Of a stretch of DNA of 64,000 nucleotides, positions 10,593 through 21,360 are shown piece after piece. A model generated the notes under the pieces. It ran no database searches, was not told the origin of the DNA, and was given only the letters and a program-made list of their open reading frames with translations. Each line of letters starts with the position of its first letter. Within the stretch, counting starts at the first letter, position 1. The position numbers and the translations under genes are program-made. This DNA is from Planctomycetota bacterium. Its GTDB lineage: Bacteria; Planctomycetota; UBA8108; SXIK01. The stretch spans positions 1,888,001-1,952,000 of the forward strand of contig CBDCXR010000004.1 of NCBI GenBank assembly GCA_965223845.1. Reading direction: 5' to 3'.

Positions 10593-10835
10593 TCAGTCCG
10601 ACAAAAGGTACGCGTGCCAGCCGACTTGCTCGAGATCTTCGATGTCGACGTCCTCACTACCCTCGAACAAACCCTGTGTCCCGTTGTCTCGGCGGATCTC
10701 GCCGGGGTCGACCCATTCCGACTCGCACTCGTCGCAGCAAAGATAGATCTGTTGTTTCGATCGGTCCCTCACGAACTGCACCCACCCTTGGTTACAAACG
10801 GGGCACCATTTCACTCTGTTGATCGGAACGGTCAT
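10593..10835 (-). CDS. Small acidic Cys-rich (CxxC...CxxC) hypothetical protein
   Basis: CPVCNQGWV...YLCCDECESEW; compact 80-aa ORF with protein-like composition. Confidence 0.7.
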   Translation of the reverse strand: MTVPINRVKWCPVCNQGWVQFVRDRSKQQIYLCCDECESEWVDPGEIRRDNGTQGLFEGSEDVDIEDLEQVGWHAYLLSD

Positions 10836-11122
10836 GCGCTGCGGGCCAAATCGGTCGACGGTTGCGTGGAGCGGCCGAGACGACCTGAATCTTTAGACGG
10901 AAAGGGGATGGGGATGGAACTGGTCGAAGGGATCCAATCGGCCGAACCGGACTGCTCGGACACTCGTCGAAGCGCGGGGTCTCCGGCGAAAACGCACGCC
11001 ATCGATACTATCTGCCGGAGCCAAAGGAAAGGCCGTAGATTTCCCTCTCGTGCGCGTTCTACGATCGATTCACCACCGGCCGAAGATCAGCGGGATGAGT
11101 CGCCCTCGGAGCGAGCCACAAC

Positions 11123-13294
11123 ATGCAAGCGTGCCCCCGAACACTGAACACCTCCAGCGCCACCCGGGAAGAATCGGCGAAGGATTGCCAAGCTAGAGTG
11201 AAGGCGGTAAGCGCTCCTCGGAGACGGTGGGGAAGTCAGATCGCGGCTCTCACCGCGCTGACGATGCTGCTGAGTCTCCACGCTCAAGACGAGGCAGGTA
11301 AGGCGAACGTCGCTGTGCCGAGAGAGGCCGAAGGCACCCGCGACGTGGCCAAAGACCTCACCGGCGGCCTGATCGCCCTCTGGACGTTCGACGACGGCAG
11401 AGGCGAGATCGCGCGCGATTCCTCGGGCAAGGGCAACCACGGCACCGTCGTGGGCCGCGCGAAGTGGACAAAGGGAATCATCGGCGGGGCGCTGGAGTTC
11501 GACGGAACAAACGACTTCGTGTCGATTTCGAACGAAGGCAGCTTCGACATCAAGGATCGGATTACCGTGGCAGCATGGATCAAGGTCGATTCCTTTTCGA
11601 AGAAGTGGCAGTCCATCGTCACAAAAGGGGACCGCGCCTGGAGACTGCACCGGGCGAATGACACGAACCGTGTGGGCTGGGCCTGCTCGAATCTCTCGCG
11701 TGGGGAGGTCGGTGATCTCTACGGCAGAACAGGCGTCGATGACGGCCGCTGGCACCACGTTGCCGGAGTTCTCGACGGGACCCGATCGTCTCTGTTCGTG
11801 GACGGAAAGTTGGAAGCTTCGGAGGAGACCTCGCGAGCCATCAGCGTCAACGATTACCCCGTGCTGATCGGCGAGAACGCACAACACAAAGGAAGGCAGT
11901 TTCGCGGCTTCATCGACGACGTTCGCATCTACGACCGTGCTCTCTCGGTCGATGAGCTGCGGGCGCTCTTCGAGCAAGGAAACGCCGGGGCGCAGCGCCC
12001 GATAGAGGACGCCGCTACCCAGAGACCTGGCCACCGCCCGGTGAATCTCGAGTCATTCAATCGCGCGAGGGTTGTCCGACTCGAGAATGCCGTAGGAAAC
12101 TGGCCGGAGTTTCGAGGTCCGCGCGGCGACGGCCATGCGGACTCCGAGGGCCTTCCTCTCCGCTGGAGTGAAACGGAGAACCTCGTCTGGAAAACGCGGA
12201 TTCACGGACGCGGTTGGTCGTCTCCGGTCATCTGGGACGATCAAGTGTGGGTGACCACTGCGACGGCTGACGGACACAGAACGTTCGCGGTCTGCGTCGA
12301 TCGCGACTCAGGGGACATCGTTCACGACATTCACGTATTCGATGTCGAGCGCCCACAGCGCATTGCCGCGGGGAACACCTATGCCACGCCGACGCCGGTG
12401 GTCGAAGAGCGACGCGTGTATGTTCATTACGGAACGTACGGAACCGCCTGTCTCGACACTGCGACCGGGAGCATCGTGTGGACGCGTCGTGACCTCAACT
12501 GCGACCATGAGTCTGGAGCGGGACCCGGCAGCTCTCCATTTCTCGTGGGCGACCTGTTCGTCGTGAACGTGGACGGCCGCGATGTGCAGTACGTCGTTGC
12601 GCTCGACAAGGCCACGGGGACGACGGTGTGGAGGACGGATCGATCGGTCGACTACAGCCGCGTTCCGGTCAATCAGCGCAAAGCGTTTTCGATGCCGCTC
12701 GTCATCCCGCGGCAGTCCGGCACGCAACTCGTCAGCCCTGGTGGAAAGGCCTTGATCGCCTACGACCCGGCCCGGGGAAACGAGCTGTGGAAGGTGCGCC
12801 ACCGAGGCTTTTCAGTCGCCCCGCGCCCCGTGTTCGGGCACGGACTCATCTTCGCGCTCATCGACCATGATCGGCCGGAGCTTTGGGCTATCCGGCCGGA
12901 TGGAGACGGCGACGTGACGGACAGCCATGTGGCATGGCGACTGACCCGAGGGATGCCGTCGCGCTCTTCGCCGTTGCTCAAGGACGACCTTCTCTTTGTC
13001 GTGAGTAAGATCGGCGTCGCGTCCTGCCTCGACGCGAGAACCGGTGACATCGTCTGGAAGGCGCGCATTCAGGGCAACTACTCTGCGTCCCCCATCTGCG
13101 CCGGTAGCCGAATCTATTTCTTCAACGAGAATGCGGTCGGCACCGTGATCAGATCATCTCGAGAGTTCGAATCTCTGGCGGTCAATCCGCTGGCTCCTGA
13201 GCAGCTCATGGCGAGCCCCGCAGTCGCCGCGAGATCGATCTTCGTTCGGACCGAGAAGCATCTCTATCGGATCGAAGAGCCCTCAGCGAAATAG
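11123..13294 (+). CDS. LamG-like jellyroll plus PQQ-binding-like beta-propeller protein, secreted
   Basis: LIALWTFDD, GALEFDG, DGRWHHVAGV, GFIDDVRIYDRAL (LamG); NWPEFRGP, GWSSPVIW, ASP repeats (PQQ-like). True start may be GTG near 11198. Confidence 0.9.
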   Translation: MQACPRTLNTSSATREESAKDCQARVKAVSAPRRRWGSQIAALTALTMLLSLHAQDEAGKANVAVPREAEGTRDVAKDLTGGLIALWTFDDGRGEIARDSSGKGNHGTVVGRAKWTKGIIGGALEFDGTNDFVSISNEGSFDIKDRITVAAWIKVDSFSKKWQSIVTKGDRAWRLHRANDTNRVGWACSNLSRGEVGDLYGRTGVDDGRWHHVAGVLDGTRSSLFVDGKLEASEETSRAISVNDYPVLIGENAQHKGRQFRGFIDDVRIYDRALSVDELRALFEQGNAGAQRPIEDAATQRPGHRPVNLESFNRARVVRLENAVGNWPEFRGPRGDGHADSEGLPLRWSETENLVWKTRIHGRGWSSPVIWDDQVWVTTATADGHRTFAVCVDRDSGDIVHDIHVFDVERPQRIAAGNTYATPTPVVEERRVYVHYGTYGTACLDTATGSIVWTRRDLNCDHESGAGPGSSPFLVGDLFVVNVDGRDVQYVVALDKATGTTVWRTDRSVDYSRVPVNQRKAFSMPLVIPRQSGTQLVSPGGKALIAYDPARGNELWKVRHRGFSVAPRPVFGHGLIFALIDHDRPELWAIRPDGDGDVTDSHVAWRLTRGMPSRSSPLLKDDLLFVVSKIGVASCLDARTGDIVWKARIQGNYSASPICAGSRIYFFNENAVGTVIRSSREFESLAVNPLAPEQLMASPAVAARSIFVRTEKHLYRIEEPSAK

Positions 13295-13335
13295 ACGCGC
13301 GAGTACCGCGGCTCGACCCGCCCGGTCATCCTCGT

Positions 13336-14496
13336 TCAATCCGCGCGTTTCTCGTCCGCACTTCGATTTCTCACGATCTCGCGAATCCTTTCCTCGCCTC
13401 GTTCCTGTGCAAGCGACTCGACGCTCCGCCCCTCTCCGTCCACTGCCGCCGGGTCTGCGCCGCGGGCGAGCAGCTCGACCGCGAGTTCCGTGCGAGAGTA
13501 GTACACCGCCGTGTGCAAGGCCGTCGTGTGTTCGAGTTTCTCGTACCAGAACCAAGTGTCGCGTCGCTCACGGACGCGTTTGGGATCCTCGTTCAAGAGT
13601 CGCGCAACGTGATCGGCTCGCCCAGCCATGACGGCCTCGTGAAGGTTCAACTCGATCCCCAGATCGATGAGCCAGTTTGCGATGTCTCGATGGCCCCAGG
13701 TCAGCGCCTGCGCCCAGCATGTGAACTGGGTGGCGCTCCCGATGTCGATCCGCGCACCGCGTGCGACCAGGTGCTTGATGACTGGAAATTGGCCCTGCAT
13801 CGCCGCGAAGTGGAGACCGGGGATGCCGAGCGTCGGAGAGACGTCGATCGACACGCGTTGGACGTCGAGCAAGTAGTCGACGACCTCGATCCGCCCGCAC
13901 GCACATGCGTGGCAAAAAGCGTCGCCGATGATCGACTCCTCCGTGTCGTCCTGCTCGTAGGGAGGCCAATCACCGTACTCACAGTAGCTTTGCCGAAACT
14001 GACCGGTGCCGGGCACGAGAGATCCGTCCTCCGTGAAGAATCCGGCCACCGCCGCGACGTCTCCGGCTCCGGCGGCGAGCCAGAGGTCGACGAGAATCTC
14101 CCGACCGCCGAGCTCGACGAGGAAATCGGTGATCCAGGGGCACGCGTGCATGACGGAAGAGCGCAGGCGTTCGAAGAGCTCGGGCGGCTCTCCGCTTCGT
14201 CTGGTTTCCTCCTCGAGGAGCGCAGCGAGCGCGCGCGGTGTCTTGCCGCACGCCGCCCACATGAGTCCCAGCTCGAGTTGGTCGTGGTCGACGAGCGACA
14301 AGAGGTAGTTCGCGCAGTCGGTTTGATTCTCGGCGAGCGCGACGTCGAGAAGAGTCGGTCGACTCTCGCCCGCGTCTTCTGGTTCGAGCTGGGAGGAGCG
14401 AAAGAACGATGCGTCCTGGCTGACCACCGCGCGCAGCTCGTCGAGGTCACCGCGACGGATGGCCATCCGCGCCGATTCGTAGATCCGATCGTCCAT
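13336..14496 (-). CDS. Ankyrin repeat protein
   Basis: GLHFAAMQGQFPVIKHLVARGA, TALHTAVYYSRTELAVELLARGADP; start at ATG 14496. Confidence 0.88.
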   Translation of the reverse strand: MDDRIYESARMAIRRGDLDELRAVVSQDASFFRSSQLEPEDAGESRPTLLDVALAENQTDCANYLLSLVDHDQLELGLMWAACGKTPRALAALLEEETRRSGEPPELFERLRSSVMHACPWITDFLVELGGREILVDLWLAAGAGDVAAVAGFFTEDGSLVPGTGQFRQSYCEYGDWPPYEQDDTEESIIGDAFCHACACGRIEVVDYLLDVQRVSIDVSPTLGIPGLHFAAMQGQFPVIKHLVARGARIDIGSATQFTCWAQALTWGHRDIANWLIDLGIELNLHEAVMAGRADHVARLLNEDPKRVRERRDTWFWYEKLEHTTALHTAVYYSRTELAVELLARGADPAAVDGEGRSVESLAQERGEERIREIVRNRSADEKRAD

Positions 14497-14810
14497 CCTC
14501 CGATGTCCTCGAAATCGTTCTGCTGAACTTCCCCTCCTCCAGGTCGCTTCATGCTGAGAGACCAAAGTAGCACTCAGCATCGCATCATCGTCGCGCGCGG
14601 ACGGGGTGTTCGCGAGCACGCGATGGACCGCAGGCGGCTCTTAGACTACGTGACCGCTCGGTCCGCGGGGGCGCTTCTCCTCCGAATCGGGCACTCCGCG
14701 ACGCCCTCGCAGCGGTGAGCGAACTCCGCCAACCGCAACGGCACAGCGGTTGGCGCCCGACGACCCTCGTGGAGTAGAATGCGCGCCCAACGATGCCAAG
14801 GAGAATCCCC

Positions 14811-15266
14811 ATGACTTCAGAGATTTCGGAGAGACACCAGGTCGTCGAGTGTCTGGAGAGACTGCTCGCCGACAGTTACGCGCTGTACCTAAAAACGCAG
14901 AGCTACCACTGGAACGTGACGGGACCCATGTTCACGACACTCCATACGCTCTTCGAGGTGCAATACACCGAACTCGCGGCCGCCATCGACGAGATTGCCG
15001 AGCGGATTCGGGCTCTCGGTGCTCCGGCCCCAGGAAGCTTCACCCAGTTCATGGACCTCTCGACCGTTGCTGAGGACACGAGCGTGCCGAAAGCGACCGA
15101 CATGATCCGGAACCTGGTGACCGACCAGCAAAAGGTGGCAGCGTCGGCGAAGAGTGTTGTCCGAGCAGCCGAGGAGGCCAACGACGACGCCAGCGTCGAC
15201 CTGGGTGTCCGCCGAATCGACCTGCACGAGAAGAACGCCTGGATGCTCCGCAGTCACGGCGACTGA
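14811..15266 (+). CDS. dps: DNA starvation/stationary phase protection protein Dps
   Basis: LYLKTQSYHWNVTGPMFTTLHTLFE, DEIAERIRALG, HEKNAWML; AAGGAG RBS before ATG 14811. Confidence 0.96.
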   Translation: MTSEISERHQVVECLERLLADSYALYLKTQSYHWNVTGPMFTTLHTLFEVQYTELAAAIDEIAERIRALGAPAPGSFTQFMDLSTVAEDTSVPKATDMIRNLVTDQQKVAASAKSVVRAAEEANDDASVDLGVRRIDLHEKNAWMLRSHGD

Positions 15267-15414
15267 TCGTCACCGACCCGAATCCCGTGGATTTCCCGGG
15301 CATGGCGCGTGGGAGACCGATTCGATCGGGGCGCGGGGCGGCACGCTCGATCCCCTGGAATCCTGAAGAGCGGTGCGCGTGAATACTTCGACCGACGCGC
15401 TCGTCTCTTCTGCC

Positions 15415-16143
15415 ATGAAACCGCGTCGAGCCAAGCGAATCACGGCGGTGGCCGGATTCGTTCTTGTCGCCGTCCTCGCGACAGTGGCGCCGATCTACTG
15501 GGATCACCTTCGGTTTTGGTACCTCTTCGAGCCTCTCGGCACAAATCTCCAGGGTTGTCGAGAATACCGTCATCGCCAAACGGGGATCGTCATGGTTCGC
15601 ATTCCTGGAGGGGGTCCCTTTCGCTTCTACATCTCGGACGAAGATGTGACGTTGGAACCGTATCTCCTCGCGAAGTACGAAGTCTCTCAGGGAGAGTGGC
15701 GAACCGGAGCTTCGCTCAAGAAGTGGGCGTTTCGCGGCGACGACCTACCGGCTGATTTTCTATCGTGGCGCGACTGCCGTGAGTTCTGCGACGGCACGGG
15801 CCTCTCGATTCCGACGATGGAGCAGTGGATCTTCGCCTGCTGGAACGGAAAGCGAGCGCACGCTCCTGGCGCCGACGCCCTCGTGACCCCGGAGTTCGCC
15901 AACGTGCAATCGAGCTCGACGGTGCCAGTGGGTTCGCTGTTGCCGACCACCTTCGGCCTCCACGACATGCGTGGCAACGTCTTCGAATGGTGCAAGCCCA
16001 CCGAGAAGACCTATCCGTGTTTCGGCGGAAGCTTTAAGTCCGGCCCGGGCAACAAGTTCGCGGGAGTCGCCCCGAGCCCTCATGCGCCGGACTACGATCA
16101 AGAAGACTTCGGCTTTCGGCCGGCGTACTTCGACCTGCCCTAG
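15415..16143 (+). CDS. Membrane-anchored FGE-sulfatase (SUMF1/C-type lectin fold) domain protein, divergent
   Basis: N-terminal TM; LAKYEVSQ, SWRDCREFC, IPTMEQW, FGLHDMRGNVFEW, FGFRP. Confidence 0.85.
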   Translation: MKPRRAKRITAVAGFVLVAVLATVAPIYWDHLRFWYLFEPLGTNLQGCREYRHRQTGIVMVRIPGGGPFRFYISDEDVTLEPYLLAKYEVSQGEWRTGASLKKWAFRGDDLPADFLSWRDCREFCDGTGLSIPTMEQWIFACWNGKRAHAPGADALVTPEFANVQSSSTVPVGSLLPTTFGLHDMRGNVFEWCKPTEKTYPCFGGSFKSGPGNKFAGVAPSPHAPDYDQEDFGFRPAYFDLP

Positions 16144-16450
16144 CGGCATCGCGAAGGCGATCCAAGGCGGAAAATCGACAGGACTCACCCGCGCTTCGTC
16201 TTTCGTCGTGTCTCTTGCGACGAAAGACTGAATGTCGCGACGAAGAGCAGCGCCCAGCTTCTCGGCCGCACCGGAGAGAGTCGGAACTTCCGCTGCCTCT
16301 CCGCACCGAAACGATGCCTTGAGGAGTCGGTGAAGAACGAGTCTCCGGCTCGGTAGTTCTCCGCGGCTGTGCGCGGCGGTAGGATACGGTTACGTCGTGC
16401 AACTAAGTCCGGCACGTAGTGAAACGTCGCTCCGAACGGGAAAAGACTCC

Positions 16451-17734
16451 ATGCGACTCCCTCCAAGAACCGTTGTGACTCTTCTCGTTCTTCTCGTTTC
16501 GGGCCAGTCGAATGCGGATCAGGCCGGCCGTCGACACGCTGAGAACGATCTTCACGCCCGTCCAGCGATCACCGTCACGGTCGGATTGCGCGACGCAGAC
16601 ATCGTCGGCCGCGACAACCGAGCGCTGCAAGCCGCCGTCGACTATGTCGGCAATCTGGGTGGTGGAGTCGTCGAGATCGGTCCGGGCGAGTATCTCATGC
16701 GCGATTCGCTGCACCTTCGTAGCCGAGTCACCGTTCGCGGCGCAGGGGAGCAGACGGTACTCAAGAAATGCCGCGAGTTCCGATCCGCCCTCGTCGCCGA
16801 TGGGGACTTCGGCGAGGCGGCAATCACCGTCGCCAACACCGACGGTTTTGCGGTCGGCCGGGGCGTCTACGTCGCCTCGAAGAAGCAACGCAATTTTCAT
16901 GGAGTGTGTGCGACGATCCTCAACGCCCGCGAAAACTACTTCACCCTCTCGCGGGCGATGAACGCGGACATCATGGTCGCCGACGGGGGTTTCGCCGCGA
17001 CGGTCTTTCCGGTGATCAGCGGTTACCACCTGCAAAGTGCCCGGGTGGAAAAGCTGACGGTCGACGGAAACCGAGACGAGAACCCGACGAAGGTCGACGG
17101 CTGCCGCACCGCGGGCATCTTCCTCTATCGCGGCGACAACTGCGTCATCAGCGAATGTGTCGTGCGGGGATACAGCGGAGACGGCATCAGCTTCCAACAA
17201 TCCAATGATGTGAAGGTGGACCGCTGCATCGTCGAGCGGTGTGCGGGTTTCGGTCTCCACCCGGGCAGCGGCTCCCAGCGGCCCTCGGTCACGAACTGCC
17301 GGGCTCTGCGAAATGACGAAGACGGGTTCTTTTTTTGCTGGCGCGTACGCGGCGGTATCGCGGAAGGGAACTGGCTCGAGGAGAACGGCGGCTACGGCAT
17401 GTCGATCGGGCACAAGGACACGGACAACATCGTGCGCAAGAACACGATCGTCGGCAATCGGCGGGGAGGTGTTTACTGGCGCGCCGAGAGCCGAGCGATG
17501 GCAGCTCACCGCATCACGTTCGAGGAGAACACCGTTCGCGACAACGAAGGCTGGGGCCTCTTCGTGGACGGGGTGACCCAGGACACGGTCATTCGGCGAA
17601 ACACGATCGAAGACACGGGCGACGGGCGTCAGAAGATCGGGATCCGCATCGGCCGAAAGGTCGGTGCCGTGACGCTCGATGAAAATTCGGTCCGGGCTCC
17701 CCAACCGCTCGCCGACGAACGAGAGAAGCGCTGA
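16451..17734 (+). CDS. Secreted right-handed parallel beta-helix (pectin lyase-like) protein
   Basis: Signal peptide; ALQAAVD..GG.V.I.PG.Y start motif; repeated N..GI/DG.. beta-helix turns. Confidence 0.87.
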   Translation: MRLPPRTVVTLLVLLVSGQSNADQAGRRHAENDLHARPAITVTVGLRDADIVGRDNRALQAAVDYVGNLGGGVVEIGPGEYLMRDSLHLRSRVTVRGAGEQTVLKKCREFRSALVADGDFGEAAITVANTDGFAVGRGVYVASKKQRNFHGVCATILNARENYFTLSRAMNADIMVADGGFAATVFPVISGYHLQSARVEKLTVDGNRDENPTKVDGCRTAGIFLYRGDNCVISECVVRGYSGDGISFQQSNDVKVDRCIVERCAGFGLHPGSGSQRPSVTNCRALRNDEDGFFFCWRVRGGIAEGNWLEENGGYGMSIGHKDTDNIVRKNTIVGNRRGGVYWRAESRAMAAHRITFEENTVRDNEGWGLFVDGVTQDTVIRRNTIEDTGDGRQKIGIRIGRKVGAVTLDENSVRAPQPLADEREKR

Positions 17735-17846
17735 ACACGCCGACGCCGATCGTCAGATTTGAAGCCTGGTCGCGACTTCTCGAGGACATGAGCGAAGGCC
17801 TGGCGCGGCTACCAGATCGAAAAGCGACGCGTCCGACTACGCGCAG

Positions 17847-19052
17847 TTACCGCCGCCGTGACGAGTCCTGGCTGCGCTGCTGGGCGGCGCGACGGATTTT
17901 TGTTCTCGCGTCGTCCAGTCGTTTCGGCCACTCGAATCGCGGAGCCTTGGAGGGGTCGTAGCCTTTCAAGTGTCCCTTGATTCGCGTGACTGGCTTGGTG
18001 TAGCGAAGCTCGGTGTCGCCGAACACCTCGCGGCAAATCGCCGCGAGGCGAGGATCGTAATCGACGAGCTCCTCGCGCGTGTCCACATGATTGTGGTCGT
18101 GGTCGTTCGTGCGATTGTTGTCGAACCACGACTGCACCCCCTCCGCGAAATACTCGTGGTGATTGACACTGGCGTACTTCCCTTTCCAGAGCCCCTCCGC
18201 CATCGCTGCGTCGTACGCCGCCTTGAGCCGCCGGTCGAACGTCGGATCCACGTTGACCATCCCGCGCAGGTGGATGTTATGGGCGAGCTCATGGATCAGG
18301 ATGCACTCGGCGGCGTACGGATCGCCCGGATAGCCGAGCAGGTTCTCTTCGGCGCACGAGCAGAACGGGTCGGTCAGACTGCCGCCCATACCGCGCGCAC
18401 GCGCGTCGCGATAATTGCGCGGCGATACATCGGGGAAGCCCTTCACCGGACGATTCGCCAGCCGGGCCCATTCGGGCTGGTCCGTCGTGAATTCGTTCCA
18501 GGCCAAGATGCAAAGACGCGCACCGCTCTGGATCATCGCCTCGCGCACGTCGGGACGCTTGGCGAGCATAAGGTTCACGAGGTAGGCGGCCTCCTTGAGC
18601 GCGTACGGATTGACGTTCGCCGACGCCACAATGGGAAAACCGCCCGCGCTTACACGCTGCGTGTAGAACGCCGGCACCCCGTCCCTGTCGGGCGGATCGA
18701 ATCGTAATGCTTGAACCGGTACGAGACTGGTTACCGTGGCCTCGGTGCTGTCCTTCCGCCCCACGACCGCGAATCGGTGCCCGAGCGTGGTCCTGATGAT
18801 CGTGTTCTCCCCTGGCTCCACCGTCCCATTCGACACCCGGTCACCATCCGGCCGGATCCAGTAGACGTCGATGGCTTGACGGCTACCGTTGATGATCTGC
18901 AGCGCGGGACGCAGCGCGGTATCTGCCTCCGGTCCGTTTCGGGTCGATGCAGCGTGGTTCGGTGGAGTCGCCTCCGCCGCGGCGACGTTGGCGATCCGGC
19001 TCGCGAGGGTAATCGCGGTCAGGAACAACAGAGAGAGGGACGTCGTCTTCAT
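17847..19052 (-). CDS. Secreted zinc metallopeptidase-like protein with N-terminal VHL-beta-like domain
   Basis: Signal peptide; IINGS..IDVYWI..G...TTLGHRF (VHL-beta-like); ILIHELAH and YASVNHHEYFAEG (lethal-factor-like zincin). Confidence 0.8.
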   Translation of the reverse strand: MKTTSLSLLFLTAITLASRIANVAAAEATPPNHAASTRNGPEADTALRPALQIINGSRQAIDVYWIRPDGDRVSNGTVEPGENTIIRTTLGHRFAVVGRKDSTEATVTSLVPVQALRFDPPDRDGVPAFYTQRVSAGGFPIVASANVNPYALKEAAYLVNLMLAKRPDVREAMIQSGARLCILAWNEFTTDQPEWARLANRPVKGFPDVSPRNYRDARARGMGGSLTDPFCSCAEENLLGYPGDPYAAECILIHELAHNIHLRGMVNVDPTFDRRLKAAYDAAMAEGLWKGKYASVNHHEYFAEGVQSWFDNNRTNDHDHNHVDTREELVDYDPRLAAICREVFGDTELRYTKPVTRIKGHLKGYDPSKAPRFEWPKRLDDARTKIRRAAQQRSQDSSRRR

Positions 19053-19343
19053 GTTGGCTCCGGGTCACGGCGTTCCGGTTTCTCGGGCAGGGAAGACGAT
19101 CATTCTACCGTCCGGTACAGTCCCCGCGACGCAAACCCTCTGGATCGTCGGCTCGATCGTGGCCGGTTCGAATCGCGATTCCCCCTCTCGAGAAGCGTCC
19201 GTTTAAGCGCTGCTAACGGGAACCGCGATCAGCGTCGGGAGTAAGTGCACACCCTCTGGTAGACTACGGATCTGGCGACGGCAAGGTCATGGGTACAGAC
19301 GCCGAGTTTCGAATCCGCATTCCAAACCTCGAGAGATCGCGGC

Positions 19344-21065
19344 GTGTTCTTCGTCTCCACGTTCAGGGCTTCTGCGCTCGGAACGCCGTCATTTGTCACT
19401 AGACATCACCCCTTACGAGTGCGGAGCTCGACCGTGCGGCAAACAGAACGCGGGGTCATCGCCCGGACGCGGCTAGCCTCCGTGGCGCTGATTCTCCTGG
19501 CAGCGTGCCGATCAGAGCGAGAGACCGTCGCAGACGGAATCGCTCCCGCCGAGAGCGTTCCTTCCAGGCCCAACGTCCTCTTCATCTCCCTGGATGATCT
19601 GAACGACTGGGTGGAACCTCTCGGAGGTCATCCGCAGGCGCGCACGCCGAACCTCGCTCGTCTCGCCCGTCAGTCGGTCAACTTCACCCGTGCCTACTGC
19701 ACCAGCCCCGGCTGCAATCCCTCTCGCACGTCCATCATGACCGGGCTTGCACCGCACACCTCCGGCGTCTACTCCAACTACCAGGACTGGCGCGAGGCCA
19801 TCACCGAGTACACCTCGCTCGGGAAGTACCTCCGCGATCACGGCTACTACTCGGCGGGAGCGGGCAAGATCTACCACTACCACATGGTGGATCCGTCCTG
19901 CTGGGACGACTACTGGCCGTCCCAGGAGAAGAATATGCCCGACGAGTACCTTCCCCCTGCCCGGAGGAAGGAGACAGAGATCGACGGCTCGAGTGAAAAA
20001 GTTCCGCAGACGGTCCATATGCCCGCGTTCGAGAACATGTACATGATGTTCGATTGGGCTTCCCTCGAGATCGATGATCGAGAGATGGGAGACTACAAGA
20101 GCGTCGAGTACATCACCGGACAGCTGCAGAAGGTCCATCAGAAGCCGTTTTTCCTGGCGTGTGGAATCTATCGCCCTCACCTCCCGTGGTACGTGCCGAG
20201 GAAGTACTTCGACATGTTTCCGCTGGAGTCCGTGCGGCTTCCGGAGGTCCTCGATGGAGATCTGGACGATCTGAGTGATCGCGCCCGGGACATCGCCGGC
20301 CGCGGCGGCGGATATCACCGGCACGTTTTGGCCGCGGGGCAGTGGAAGCGGGCAGTCCAGGGGTACCTGGCGTCCATCGCGTTCGCCGACGCCATGCTGG
20401 GTCGGCTTCTCGACGCCCTCGAAAGAAGCCCGCACGCCGACGACACCATCGTCGTCCTCTGGTCCGATCACGGCTGGCAGCTCGGCGAGAAGGAGCACTG
20501 GCGCAAGTTCGCCCTGTGGGAGAACGTCCTCCGCACCGTCTTGATGGTCAAGGCGCCTCCGGGGACCCGGGGCCTGCCCGAGGGATCTCGATCAGGAGAG
20601 AGCTGCGAGCGCGTGGTGTCTCTTCAGGACATGTATCCCACCATTCTCGACCTCTGCGGCTTGCCTCCGCGAACAGGCATCGACGGGCGCAGCCTCGTTC
20701 CACTCCTCCGTGACCCGCAGGTCGAATGGGGCCATCCGGCGATCTCGTCCTACGACTTCGGCGAGTTTTCCGTTCGCACCGAACGATGGCGCTACACCCG
20801 ATTGATCGACGGCAGCGAGGAGCTCTACGACCACGACAAGGATCCCGAAGAGTGGACCAATCTGGCAAATGACCCTCGACTCGAGGAGGTCAAGGCTAAG
20901 CTCGCCCGACACATTCCCCGAAATCCGGCTCCGCTGAAGCAGACCTCGCAGAAGCTCAGCCTGCATCACTTTCCGCCGTTTCGATCCCGAGCGGAGTACG
21001 ACGACTGGCTGAAGCACGGGAAGGACACCCGCTACCTGATCGAAACCTACTGGCAGCAGGAATAG
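19344..21065 (+). CDS. Sulfatase (S1 family, iduronate-2-sulfatase-like)
   Basis: PNVLFISLDDLN, CNPSR signature, GKIYH, RPHLP, SDHG, WRKF. Real start probably near 19434. Confidence 0.93.
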   Translation: MFFVSTFRASALGTPSFVTRHHPLRVRSSTVRQTERGVIARTRLASVALILLAACRSERETVADGIAPAESVPSRPNVLFISLDDLNDWVEPLGGHPQARTPNLARLARQSVNFTRAYCTSPGCNPSRTSIMTGLAPHTSGVYSNYQDWREAITEYTSLGKYLRDHGYYSAGAGKIYHYHMVDPSCWDDYWPSQEKNMPDEYLPPARRKETEIDGSSEKVPQTVHMPAFENMYMMFDWASLEIDDREMGDYKSVEYITGQLQKVHQKPFFLACGIYRPHLPWYVPRKYFDMFPLESVRLPEVLDGDLDDLSDRARDIAGRGGGYHRHVLAAGQWKRAVQGYLASIAFADAMLGRLLDALERSPHADDTIVVLWSDHGWQLGEKEHWRKFALWENVLRTVLMVKAPPGTRGLPEGSRSGESCERVVSLQDMYPTILDLCGLPPRTGIDGRSLVPLLRDPQVEWGHPAISSYDFGEFSVRTERWRYTRLIDGSEELYDHDKDPEEWTNLANDPRLEEVKAKLARHIPRNPAPLKQTSQKLSLHHFPPFRSRAEYDDWLKHGKDTRYLIETYWQQE

Positions 21066-21360
21066 TTCGGCCGGCGCAACTCGGCGTTTCGAGGGGAGAC
21101 GCCGGACGAGAAGTCCTTCGGGACGGTTGCCGCGTTCCCGATAGCCTCGCGGCAAAGAGGAAGGGAGCTCGCGTGGTCCGGCTACCCAAGGAGGGCATGA
21201 AGTCGCGAGTGTCGAGAAGCGGTGGGGGAGTCATTGATCCGAGTGTCCGAGGGCGATCTGCTGCGTCAAGCGACTTGTTCCGTGCGATAGAGTCCGAAAC
21301 GTCGCGAGGCAAAACACGGCGGAGGTGACGAAAGGATCGCCGGTATGCGATCATGCCGGC

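Noticed and set aside
19150-19330. GTTCGAATC-like motifs suggesting a tRNA
   Set aside because: No cloverleaf or acceptor stem could be built around them.
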